This document shows, piece by piece, positions 30,269 through 38,483 of a DNA stretch of 64,000 nt. The DNA is from an uncultured virus (IMG/VR IMGVR_UViG_3300025889_000077). Its lineage: Duplodnaviria; Heunggongvirae; Uroviricota; Caudoviricetes. The DNA is taken from the IMG/VR virus record IMGVR_UViG_3300025889_000077. One strand, 5' to 3'. The position numbers and the translations under genes were made by a program. The notes under the pieces were generated by a model, which was not told where the DNA came from, searched no databases, and was given only the letters and a program-made list of their open reading frames with translations. Position 1 is the first letter of the stretch; each line of letters starts with the position of its first letter.

Positions 30269-31396
30269 ATGATAAAGTTTGAAATTGGTAGTACTACTAG
30301 CGGACATACTGCTGACGTTGTGCGTGATGACAATCATGCAGACGGTATACCAAATAAACCATATGGCATTGCTGCTTACACGCATCCTATGGTTCATCAT
30401 GTCAATAATAATATCATAGCATCAAATGATTCATATGGACCAGATTTAAATCAAAATATCTCCGCTGGTGGTACTCCGCTGTTGATTCATAATGGTGGTG
30501 ATAGTGCTGGATGGAGCGCATCGACAATTTCTGGGACATGGGATTTTGTTTCGACTGATCAAGCAAATAGTGGCGCACAAAGTATAGACGCTTCAGGAAC
30601 AGTTGGTGGAGCAGAGGCACTTTTCAATAGAGACTCTGGTGCTATTACATTTGGTAATTACGAATCATTATCTGGTTCGATCTATCTATCGTCTTGGTCT
30701 CTTCAGGGAGATAAAGATGTTTCTTTAAGATTTAGACTCGCCGGAACAAATGTGAGCAACGAATTAAATTTATCTGAATATATTTCTACTATAACTTTAA
30801 ATGCTTGGCAAAATTTTTCAATAGGTCTTTCAGATTTTGCAATTGTTGGTACAACTTTAGATCAGTTGGTAGTTAAAACTATTGATATCGGAGCCGGTCA
30901 GGCACCTAATTATTATTTAGACGATATTCAGTTCGAAGAAACAGGCGCTCCAGCAATTTTCAAGATGGCACCAAATTCTGGTCAAAGGGTCGCTGCAAGA
31001 GGTCTAGAATTGATATTGGTTGACGCATTAAATCCGACTGCGACTGACGGCGCATCTTATGGATACTCGTATAATAAAATTCTCAATGTTAATGAGTTAC
31101 AGAATGGCATTATCTTTAGATGGTATAGAAAAAATAAATTGCGGTTTTCGGGAAATGTGAAAAATCTATTCGATTTTTTGAATCTGCCCGGCAGTCGGAT
31201 CGTGACTTCAGTATCAGATTCAACAAACACTATGTTAAAGATTCGATTTGATTTTACGACTGAAATTGAGTTATTGGGTTCTGAAAATGACAGAATCGAG
31301 ATTGTTATTCGAGATGATTTGAGCGGACTATTAAAATTTAGAGCAACACTTATAGCAGATTTGATCACTTCTGTTATTGAAGATGTTATAGATTAA
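30269..31396 (+). CDS. Putative virion protein with carbohydrate-binding-like beta-sandwich
   Basis: WQNFSIGLSDF...YYLDDIQF jelly-roll-like pattern. Confidence 0.45.
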   Translation: MIKFEIGSTTSGHTADVVRDDNHADGIPNKPYGIAAYTHPMVHHVNNNIIASNDSYGPDLNQNISAGGTPLLIHNGGDSAGWSASTISGTWDFVSTDQANSGAQSIDASGTVGGAEALFNRDSGAITFGNYESLSGSIYLSSWSLQGDKDVSLRFRLAGTNVSNELNLSEYISTITLNAWQNFSIGLSDFAIVGTTLDQLVVKTIDIGAGQAPNYYLDDIQFEETGAPAIFKMAPNSGQRVAARGLELILVDALNPTATDGASYGYSYNKILNVNELQNGIIFRWYRKNKLRFSGNVKNLFDFLNLPGSRIVTSVSDSTNTMLKIRFDFTTEIELLGSENDRIEIVIRDDLSGLLKFRATLIADLITSVIEDVID

Positions 31397-31408
31397 AGGA
31401 AGAAGCAA

Positions 31409-31627
31409 ATGGCATGGAATACGATAAGAGGTGGAATTTGGGAATATGATGATAATCCACCAGATCCTGGCAACATTGCGCAAAGAGCATTATGGGAAAA
31501 GCAGACAAACGGCATTCGAACAACAGGTGTAAATCAGGTTTATGTGAAATGTAGAAAAGTAGGTTCGACTGTAGAAACTGAAGGTGAGTTGAGCAAGACA
31601 TATTGGGACAATGTTAGTTTAACTTAA
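31409..31627 (+). CDS. Hypothetical protein
   Basis: AGGA RBS, in operon. Confidence 0.55.
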   Translation: MAWNTIRGGIWEYDDNPPDPGNIAQRALWEKQTNGIRTTGVNQVYVKCRKVGSTVETEGELSKTYWDNVSLT

Positions 31628-31645
31628 TGTCAAAAACTTTAAAAG

Positions 31646-31653
31646 TATAAATA
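31646..31653 (+). promoter_or_regulatory. T4-type late promoter TATAAATA
   Basis: Upstream of the prohead genes. Confidence 0.8.
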
Positions 31654-31678
31654 ATATTAAATTATAAGGAGATTTGAA

Positions 31679-31879
31679 ATGAGCGAATACGCTGAAAATA
31701 TTATTGATAACATTCTTAGCAAAAACTATACCAATGCTGGTGATGCAATTAATCAAGCATTACATGCAAAAGTAGCAGATGCTTTTGAAACTATTAAAAT
31801 CGGCATGGGTGCTGATTACTCTGGTTATGAACTTGCTGACGAAGACGACTACGAAGAACTGGAATCGGAGGAAGAATAA
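31679..31879 (+). CDS. Small acidic prohead core protein (gp67-like)
   Basis: Size, acidic tail and position between gp20 and gp21. Confidence 0.55.
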   Translation: MSEYAENIIDNILSKNYTNAGDAINQALHAKVADAFETIKIGMGADYSGYELADEDDYEELESEEE

Positions 31880-31882
31880 CAA

Positions 31883-31970
31883 ATGAAACTGATTACCGAA
31901 TATTTAAAACTCGGTAGATAGCAACTTCTTCCAATGAAGGTAAAAAAAGAAAAGAAGAAAGAATTTTCGC
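31883..31970 (+). pseudogene. Duplicated gp21 start (MKLITEYLKLGR*) plus relic sequence
   Basis: ATGAAACTGATTACCGAATAT vs ATGAAACTAATTACCGAATAC at 31971. Confidence 0.6.
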
Positions 31971-32633
31971 ATGAAACTAATTACCGAATACGTTGAAGAT
32001 GATCTAGAGGTCATCGCCGAAGCAAAAGCAGACGGTCGCAAGAAATACGCGATTGAAGGCGTATTCATGCAAGCAGAGACAAAGAATAGAAATGGTCGCA
32101 TCTATCCAAGAGGAATCATGGAAGGTGCGGTCAACAAATATATTGAAGATCAAGTAAGTAAAGGTCGTGCTGTTGGTGAATTGAATCATCCTACAGGTCC
32201 GACTATTAACTTAGACAAAGTTTCGCACAAAATTGACGAACTCAAATGGGACGGCAATAATGTGATCGGAAGAGCAACCATTCTTGAAACTCCATGTGGT
32301 CAAATCGTAAGAGGATTACTTGAAGGGGGTGTAAAGTTGGGTGTTTCAACTCGTGGTATGGGAAGTCTGGAACAAAGGGAAGGCATTAACTATGTCAAAC
32401 CTGATTTCGTTTTAAGTACAGTTGATATCGTACAAGATCCATCAGCGCACGATGCGTTTGTTAATGGGATTATGGAAGGTGTAGATTGGATCTGGAATAA
32501 CGGAATCTTGGAAGCCAGAGAAGTGAGAAAAATGGAGACTGAAATTAGAAAGGCTCCACGCGCTAATCTCTATGAGACGCAGGTTCGTGAGTTTAAAAAT
32601 TTCCTCTCATTAGTTAAATCAAAATCAAGATAA
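31971..32633 (+). CDS. gp21: Prohead protease gp21
   Basis: IEGVFMQAE.KNRNGRIYP; GELNHP; LGVSTRGMGSL; DIVQDPSA.DAFV.GIMEG. Confidence 0.95.
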   Translation: MKLITEYVEDDLEVIAEAKADGRKKYAIEGVFMQAETKNRNGRIYPRGIMEGAVNKYIEDQVSKGRAVGELNHPTGPTINLDKVSHKIDELKWDGNNVIGRATILETPCGQIVRGLLEGGVKLGVSTRGMGSLEQREGINYVKPDFVLSTVDIVQDPSAHDAFVNGIMEGVDWIWNNGILEAREVRKMETEIRKAPRANLYETQVREFKNFLSLVKSKSR

Positions 32634-32651
32634 TTGATAGGAGTCAAATAA

Positions 32652-33578
32652 ATGACAAAAAAATATGAAGATGATCTTGAGCTAGATTACGATGGCGAAG
32701 AAATCGAAGAAGCTCATGACGAAAAAAATGCTGAAGAACAATCTGTTGCTTCAGTAGCTGCTGCCGATGATAAAGTAAAAGGCGCAAAAAAGCGTAAAGG
32801 TGATAAGGAGAATTCTATGCCTAGCGAACTTAAAGTTGCTAAAGAAGATTTCGAAGATGACCTTGACGCTCTTATTTCAGAAGAAGCCACTCTTTCAGAA
32901 GGTTTCAAAAAGAAAGCGGCAACGATCTTTGAAGCGGTGATCAATTCAAAACTCAAAGAAGAAATTGACCGTCTTGAAGAAGCCTATGAAGAAAAACTTA
33001 CGGAGGATCTGGAAGTCTACAAAGATGCTCTCGCAGAAGAAGTGGATGCGTATCTGAATCTAGTAGTTGAAACTTGGATGAAGGAAAATGAAATTGCAAT
33101 CGAACAAGGTCTTCGTACCGAGATTGCTGAGAACTTCATGGAAGGTCTCAAGAACTTGTTTATGGAATCATACATTGAAGTACCTGAATCACAGGTTAAT
33201 GTTGTAGACGAATTGGCAGCTGAAATTGATTCATTGAAAGAAACTGTGAATACTTACACAGAAGCAATGCTTGCAATGAACGAGGATCTGGAAGCATATC
33301 ACAAGCGTGATATCATTCTGGAGAAATCATCTGGTCTTGCCGAAACCGAAATCGAAAAACTCTTTTCGTTGGTTGAGGATTTAGATTTTGAAGATGCTGA
33401 AACTTTCTCGGAGAAAGTGGATACCATCAAGAAATCTTATTTCAAAAAATCTATTTCAGAAGGTGCGGATGAAACCGATGATCTTCTCGTAGATAAAGAC
33501 ATGGGTGCCATTGCTCAAATCGACAATGACACTATGGCAAAATATGTTGATGCGATCCGTCGCCAAAGAAAAGAATAA
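32652..33578 (+). CDS. gp22: Prohead core scaffold protein gp22
   Basis: Acidic coiled coil; LSEGFK.KAATIFEA; W..EN.IAIE.GLRTEIAE.F. Confidence 0.92.
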   Translation: MTKKYEDDLELDYDGEEIEEAHDEKNAEEQSVASVAAADDKVKGAKKRKGDKENSMPSELKVAKEDFEDDLDALISEEATLSEGFKKKAATIFEAVINSKLKEEIDRLEEAYEEKLTEDLEVYKDALAEEVDAYLNLVVETWMKENEIAIEQGLRTEIAENFMEGLKNLFMESYIEVPESQVNVVDELAAEIDSLKETVNTYTEAMLAMNEDLEAYHKRDIILEKSSGLAETEIEKLFSLVEDLDFEDAETFSEKVDTIKKSYFKKSISEGADETDDLLVDKDMGAIAQIDNDTMAKYVDAIRRQRKE

Positions 33579-33605
33579 TAACAATACATTCAGGAGAATA
33601 AAAAA

Positions 33606-34946
33606 ATGTATAACCAACAACTCCCTAACTATTCTTCTCTCGTCGAGAAGTGGGGCAGCGTTCTTAATGAAGATGCTGCCGGTAAAATCACAGACTATCA
33701 CAAGAAGTCGGTCACTGCCGTTCTTCTTGAAAACCAAGAGCGTGCCATGCGCGAAGAAGGTATGCTTCTTCACGAAGGTACAGGTGCTCCTTCAAACAGC
33801 ACAACTTCAGCGGCCAACTGGAACCCAGTTCTGATTTCGCTTGTTCGTCGTGCGATGCCAAACCTCGTCGCTTATGATATCTGCGGCGTTCAGCCGATGA
33901 CTGGTCCTACTGGTCTTATCTTCGCGATGAAGTCGCGCTATGGTGACGGTTCTACAGCGTCTACTGAAGCACTCTTCAACGAAGCTAACACGAAGTACGG
34001 TGGTGAATCTTCGGGTTCCGCTCAAGACGCATCGCCTTCTGGTCTGCTTGGTCTAACCGACTCTAACAGCGACTCTTCTATCAACAATGATCGTGTTGGT
34101 CCTGTTGTCGGTACTGGTATGGCGACAGACGATGCGGAAGCCCTCGGTTCTACGGGTGGTTCGACTTTCAATGACATGGGATTCACCATCGAAAAAGCAA
34201 CCGTGACTGCGAAGTCCCGTGCATTGCAGGCAGACTATTCGCTTGAACTCGCACAAGACTTGAAAGCGATCCACGGTCTTGATGCTGAAACCGAACTTGC
34301 GAATATTCTCACGACTGAAATCCTTGCAGAAATCAACCGTGAAGTTGTTCGTACAGTCAACTCGCAAGCGAAAACTGGTGCTTCACAAGCTAACACTGCT
34401 ATCAACGGTATCTTCGATCTTTCGACCGATGCTGATGGTCGTTGGTCGGTTGAGAAGTTCAAGGGTCTCGTTATTCAAATCGAAAGAGAAGCCAATGTGA
34501 TTGCAAAAGAGACTCGGAGAGGCAAAGGTAACTTCGTTCTCTGTTCGTCTGATGTTGCCTCGGCTCTTGCTGCTTCGGGTATGCTTGACTATGCTCCTGC
34601 TATGTCAACGAGCCTCAATGTTGATGACACAGGCAACACATTCGCTGGTGTTCTGAATGGACGTACCAGAGTGTACATTGACCCATATTCGGCAACCGAT
34701 TATGTGAACGTTGGTTATAAGGGTACAAACCCATATGACGCTGGTGTGTTCTACTGCCCATACGTTCCTCTGACGATGGTTCGTGCCGTTGTTGAAGCGA
34801 CCTTCCAGCCGAAAATCGGCTTCAAGACTCGCTACGGTATGGTATCTAACCCATTCGTTGGTTCGACACCTGCTAACGGTCTTGCAACTGCGAAAACAAA
34901 TCAATATTATCGTATCTTTAGGGTTGATAATATGCTATCTGCATAA
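33606..34946 (+). CDS. gp23: Major capsid protein gp23
   Basis: LISLVRRAMPNL.AYDICGVQPMTGPTGLIFAM; ELAQDLKAIHGLDAE.EL; FYCPYVPL; FQPKIGFKTRYG. Confidence 0.97.
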   Translation: MYNQQLPNYSSLVEKWGSVLNEDAAGKITDYHKKSVTAVLLENQERAMREEGMLLHEGTGAPSNSTTSAANWNPVLISLVRRAMPNLVAYDICGVQPMTGPTGLIFAMKSRYGDGSTASTEALFNEANTKYGGESSGSAQDASPSGLLGLTDSNSDSSINNDRVGPVVGTGMATDDAEALGSTGGSTFNDMGFTIEKATVTAKSRALQADYSLELAQDLKAIHGLDAETELANILTTEILAEINREVVRTVNSQAKTGASQANTAINGIFDLSTDADGRWSVEKFKGLVIQIEREANVIAKETRRGKGNFVLCSSDVASALAASGMLDYAPAMSTSLNVDDTGNTFAGVLNGRTRVYIDPYSATDYVNVGYKGTNPYDAGVFYCPYVPLTMVRAVVEATFQPKIGFKTRYGMVSNPFVGSTPANGLATAKTNQYYRIFRVDNMLSA

Positions 34947-34982
34947 TCCAATAAAAAAATCTGGGTTCAACCAGATAAACTT

Positions 34983-35008
34983 AGGGGCGCATTTAGCGCC
35001 CCTTTTTT
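34983..35008 (+). terminator. Rho-independent terminator after gp23
   Basis: AGGGGCGC-ATTTA-GCGCCCCT followed by a T run. Confidence 0.85.
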
Positions 35009-35021
35009 ATTTCCGATTTCG

Positions 35022-35273
35022 TCAAGCCCTTTTGTTCATAAATTCGATAAAATAACGAATTATTTGTTGATGTGTGTCGTCATTCCACCGAAGAACATAT
35101 TTCAAAGGCATAGATGAATATTCACCATCGGGTCCGGTACGAAAGCAATATTCCCAACTTTCATGAGATTTAGAATAAAAGAAATACAAATCACCAAATC
35201 CGCGATCAGCAATTTCGACATGACCGTAAAACTCGTCATCTTTATGATTGCAATGATTAGGATGTTGTTTCAT
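35022..35273 (-). CDS. Hypothetical protein
   Basis: Last gene of the minus-strand early operon. Confidence 0.55.
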   Translation of the reverse strand: MKQHPNHCNHKDDEFYGHVEIADRGFGDLYFFYSKSHESWEYCFRTGPDGEYSSMPLKYVLRWNDDTHQQIIRYFIEFMNKRA

Positions 35274-35427
35274 ACCATTGATCCCAGACTTGAACCCAGA
35301 CTTGAACCCAGACTTGACCCCGGACTTGATTACTGACTTGATCCCAGACTTGAATACCGACTTGACCCCAGCCTTGATCCCAGACTTGAATACTGACTTG
35401 ATCCCTGACTTGATTATTAGTTTTCAT
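35257..35427 (-). CDS. 56-aa QVxx-repeat protein (11 units), not in ORF track
   Basis: MKTNNQVRDQVSIQVWDQGWGQVGIQVWDQVSNQVRGQVWVQVWVQVWDQWYETTS, read manually. Confidence 0.6.
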   Translation of the reverse strand: MKTNNQVRDQVSIQVWDQGWGQVGIQVWDQVSNQVRGQVWVQVWVQVWDQWYETTS

Positions 35428-35602
35428 ACCATTGATCCAAGACTTGATCCAAGACTTGATCCTCGATTTGATACCAGACTTGATCCTCGACTTGATCCTC
35501 GACTTGACCCAAGACTTGATCCCAGACTTGATACCGGACTTGATCCCAGACTTGATCCCAGACTTGATCCCCGACTTGATCCCAGACTTGATCCCAGACT
35601 TG
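35278..35602. repeat. Two arrays of 12-bp tandem repeats (TTG-N6-GAC; consensus ttgatcccagac)
   Basis: 11 and 14 units separated by a short spacer carrying a start and a stop. Confidence 0.95.
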
Positions 35603-35617
35603 ATTCCTAGTTTTCAT
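35417..35617 (-). CDS. 66-aa QVxx-repeat protein (14 units)
   Basis: MKTRNQVWDQVWD...QWYEN; ATGA overlap with the upstream gene. Confidence 0.6.
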   Translation of the reverse strand: MKTRNQVWDQVWDQVGDQVWDQVWDQVRYQVWDQVLGQVEDQVEDQVWYQIEDQVLDQVLDQWYEN

Positions 35618-35745
35618 AGTGTTGCTCTCTGAATTGAGGTATTTTTCTCCAACTTCTTAATTCGTTTTTCGAGTTCTTCAAGTCTCTTGTTCAGTTCGGA
35701 AATCTTGTCCGATAATTTCAATAGATAATAATCAGTCCCACTCAT
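35614..35745 (-). CDS. Short coiled-coil protein
   Basis: MSGTDYYLLKLSDKISELNKRLEELEKRIKKLEK. Confidence 0.45.
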   Translation of the reverse strand: MSGTDYYLLKLSDKISELNKRLEELEKRIKKLEKNTSIQRATL

Positions 35746-35932
35746 TATCATACCTAACTGTTTGCCGATATGACTCACCATAGTACTTTTCTGCGTACTT
35801 TGACGCATCAGTGTAATACAAATCTGGGTCGTGCCCAGCAGAAACTTTGCGCTTCTTAGGTTTGCCCTGCATCTTTTGATGAACTTCACGAATCAGTTCC
35901 ATGCGTTCTGCATAAGTTTTTGCATAGTCCAT
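35732..35932 (-). CDS. Hypothetical early protein
   Basis: TGATG overlap start MDYAKTYAER. Confidence 0.55.
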   Translation of the reverse strand: MDYAKTYAERMELIREVHQKMQGKPKKRKVSAGHDPDLYYTDASKYAEKYYGESYRQTVRYDNEWD

Positions 35933-36132
35933 CAAGAAGCCTCTACCCAATCGTTTTGCATTTGAACGATCATTTTCATTTCAAGTTCCTCTGCTTTGTT
36001 TTCAAATGTTTCCGCAAGACGAAGTATTTTCCAAGCAGGAATAGCATCCTCCGGAGTGTTCGTTACGCGAATCATATGACGCAATTCCTTAGCGATTTCC
36101 CAGTACTCACGCATTGTTACGCTATCTCCCAT
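35932..36132 (-). CDS. Hypothetical early protein
   Basis: In operon; the start may be the downstream MREYW. Confidence 0.55.
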   Translation of the reverse strand: MGDSVTMREYWEIAKELRHMIRVTNTPEDAIPAWKILRLAETFENKAEELEMKMIVQMQNDWVEAS

Positions 36133-36521
36133 TCTTTGAATTCAACTATTTCCATCAACTCTTTCACAAGAGCGCGGCCTTCGTCGGTGAAGAGAATACC
36201 CTTCTTCCAAACCCAACCTTCAACGTCTTGTTCGTGATAGAAATCCTCAGTCTGCATCATCCAACGCAGAGCAGTTGCACGGTCGCCAGCACCCAGTTGA
36301 ATGGTATTTTGAACTTCTGCTTCAAACGCAGCAATGTCTTCTGCTGCTCGCACTTTTTCAGCAGCAATATCTTCTGCGATTGTCGCTTCCATGCGGTCCC
36401 ATGCTTCCTGCTTTTGAGCAGGAGTGAGAACGTGCCAGCAATGAACACCACCGTCACGAGGACGAAATCCGTAGGCGTCTTTGTGAATGTCGCTGTAAAG
36501 TTCGTCGCTGTAAGTGTACAT
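36117..36521 (-). CDS. Hypothetical early protein
   Basis: YSDIHKDAYGFRPR; GAGDRATALRW motifs; follows the early promoter. Confidence 0.7.
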   Translation of the reverse strand: MYTYSDELYSDIHKDAYGFRPRDGGVHCWHVLTPAQKQEAWDRMEATIAEDIAAEKVRAAEDIAAFEAEVQNTIQLGAGDRATALRWMMQTEDFYHEQDVEGWVWKKGILFTDEGRALVKELMEIVEFKEWEIA

Positions 36522-36546
36522 CTGTTTTCCTCTCTCTTACACTATC

Positions 36547-36575
36547 AATATAAGCATTCGAAAGTGATTCGTCAA
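36547..36575 (-). promoter_or_regulatory. Early promoter TTGACG-N17-TATATT (repeat copy 4)
   Basis: About 45 bp near-identical to copy 3. Confidence 0.8.
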
Positions 36576-36598
36576 GAGGTAAAATGAACTTTTTTCAT

Positions 36599-37210
36599 TT
36601 ATTTTTTCTTTTTTACCACTACCTCTACGTTGGTCGGCAATTCGATTCGCGAATTATCGTGGTTGTGATACAGATAGAACTTAACGTTCGGGAACTCTTG
36701 GAACATGCTTTGCCAGATGGGTCGCCAGTTGTTGCTCAATCGGAATGTGTTTGTCTTCTCACGATCCGACTGGAGATAGAAATCTGAACACGATCTAAGA
36801 TTCATATCAAAGATGGAGTCAAATCCGTACATATGTATTTCATTACCTTTGAGTTTCTTTATCGCATAGTATGTGGCCATGTGACCACAATTAAAATCTG
36901 TGTAGTTGTCCACATACTCTGGTTTTTCTGTAAAGAATCCTTTGATTCGTGAAGCATGGTTCATATAAAATTGTGGATGGTTGTCGCACCACATTTTTGG
37001 TCTCATACCCATGACCCATTCACCAGGAGGTATAACAGAACCTTCAGTTATCGCTTTACACATCTTGAAATCGACAATACAAGTAGCATAAGCGTCAGGT
37101 ACAGAAAATGGTGGTAGATTACAAGTAAGTTTGATACCTTTTCTTTGTTCGGTGTTGTAGATATGAGCGTTATCGCCATTACCGATAATATGAACTATTC
37201 TTGGTTTCAT
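36599..37210 (-). CDS. Putative glycosyltransferase-like protein (DUF115/sialyltransferase-like fold)
   Basis: HIIGNG...TCN...NCGHMATYYA...IHMYGFDS. Confidence 0.5.
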   Translation of the reverse strand: MKPRIVHIIGNGDNAHIYNTEQRKGIKLTCNLPPFSVPDAYATCIVDFKMCKAITEGSVIPPGEWVMGMRPKMWCDNHPQFYMNHASRIKGFFTEKPEYVDNYTDFNCGHMATYYAIKKLKGNEIHMYGFDSIFDMNLRSCSDFYLQSDREKTNTFRLSNNWRPIWQSMFQEFPNVKFYLYHNHDNSRIELPTNVEVVVKKKK

Positions 37211-37839
37211 TACTTCTCTTTCATAAGTTTCTTTATTTCTTCCTTACCCCGGCGCCCTGTCCAATGCATAACTTTGATAGTTTTAGGACCCGTCTTATCT
37301 TGAATATCAAGACGAAGAGTGTTATATTTTCTGGGGAGGTCAGTGATATTTATCATCCTTTTCATACCATCTCGAACAATCGAATGAAGTACTTCTTGAT
37401 CTCCGACTTCTTTTGTAAATACTGTAGCAGAAACCCAATCATTCAATATCTTTGGAGTGCCTTGAAATGCTACAACACCAGAGTTATGCCATTTTTCTCC
37501 TCTTCGGCGTGACCATGGAACATCTTCTACCATAGCAAGTTTATTCGGTTCAACATAATCGAATATGTCTTCTATGTTGTCTCTCACTTCACAATCTGTG
37601 TCAAGCCAACAAACATAGTCTGACATTTTAGATGCTTCAAACATTGCTTTTGGTTTTTTGAACCATCCTGGGTCCTGAGACTTTAGTTTTTGTGATATTT
37701 TCGGATATGGATTATTATCCATACCAAAATCCCATATCAAAAGTTTTGCGTTCGGATTATGTTTTTGAAAGTTTTCTACGAACCATTTCAGTTGCCATTG
37801 AGTATTGGAGTCGCAACCTGTGATAAAAATTTTTTTCAT
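37210..37839 (-). CDS. GT-A glycosyltransferase
   Basis: Start MKKIFITGCD by TAATG overlap; WLDTDC (DxD), HNSGVV, GDQEVL, HWTG. Confidence 0.75.
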   Translation of the reverse strand: MKKIFITGCDSNTQWQLKWFVENFQKHNPNAKLLIWDFGMDNNPYPKISQKLKSQDPGWFKKPKAMFEASKMSDYVCWLDTDCEVRDNIEDIFDYVEPNKLAMVEDVPWSRRRGEKWHNSGVVAFQGTPKILNDWVSATVFTKEVGDQEVLHSIVRDGMKRMINITDLPRKYNTLRLDIQDKTGPKTIKVMHWTGRRGKEEIKKLMKEK

Positions 37840-38483
37840 TATACAATCTCGTAAGTTTCTCCAAAGTTGTGTTTTGCAAGGCACCCTTCTCGTTTCTGTA
37901 TCGTAGTAAAAGAATCGACTGCCTCTACAGGCCAAGGATACCACTCTTCAAGAAAATCAAATCTGTCATTATGAAAAAATACATCCGTTGGAGCGGCCTC
38001 TGTCTTCGCTTTTTCAATTACGATCTTTGCTTTTCTTGGCGAAATCAAATATGCGTGTGCGCCCGGAAAGTACTGCTTTGATTGCAGTTTGTTTTGACCC
38101 ATTTGTGTTGGAATATTGAATTTGCCATAAGATGGTTTGCCGAATGAAATACATCCTCTAAAGAAGTTCATTTTTGGTATTTCTGATTTAACCACAGCGT
38201 CATGTTCAAGAATAAGAATGTTCTCGTCTTTTGTAAAGGATTCTTGCCACAAAGAATAGTGTGATAGAAATGCAGCCATACAATTCTCAAGTCTTGAATA
38301 TACTTCTTCAAAACCCTTGGGATTGATCCCGTGGTCTGTTAGTATTTTTCTTGGATTGTCTTTTGGTGTAAATGCTTTCCACATCTTTACATCAAGACCA
38401 AATTTCTTTGCAGATTTTATACATCGTTCTGCGGCAGAAACTGACAAAGGATTATCCATTATTGTGATTACATATGCTTTCAT
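37839..38483 (-). CDS. GT25-like glycosyltransferase
   Basis: AYVIT; AFLSHYSLW; LILEHDA; GAHAYLISP. Confidence 0.78.
   Translation of the reverse strand: MKAYVITIMDNPLSVSAAERCIKSAKKFGLDVKMWKAFTPKDNPRKILTDHGINPKGFEEVYSRLENCMAAFLSHYSLWQESFTKDENILILEHDAVVKSEIPKMNFFRGCISFGKPSYGKFNIPTQMGQNKLQSKQYFPGAHAYLISPRKAKIVIEKAKTEAAPTDVFFHNDRFDFLEEWYPWPVEAVDSFTTIQKREGCLAKHNFGETYEIV

Noticed and set aside
35278..35602. CRISPR array or DGR template/variable repeat
   Set aside because: The period is only 12 bp with 6-bp variable parts, far too short for spacers. There is no cas or reverse transcriptase gene in the window, and variation is not adenine-specific.
35278..35632. Plus-strand PDL/DPRL repeat ORFs (35278-35610, 35432-35632)
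   Set aside because: Open only because the repeat lacks stops; non-ATG starts, no RBS. The minus frame has ATG starts and overlaps that fit the surrounding operon.
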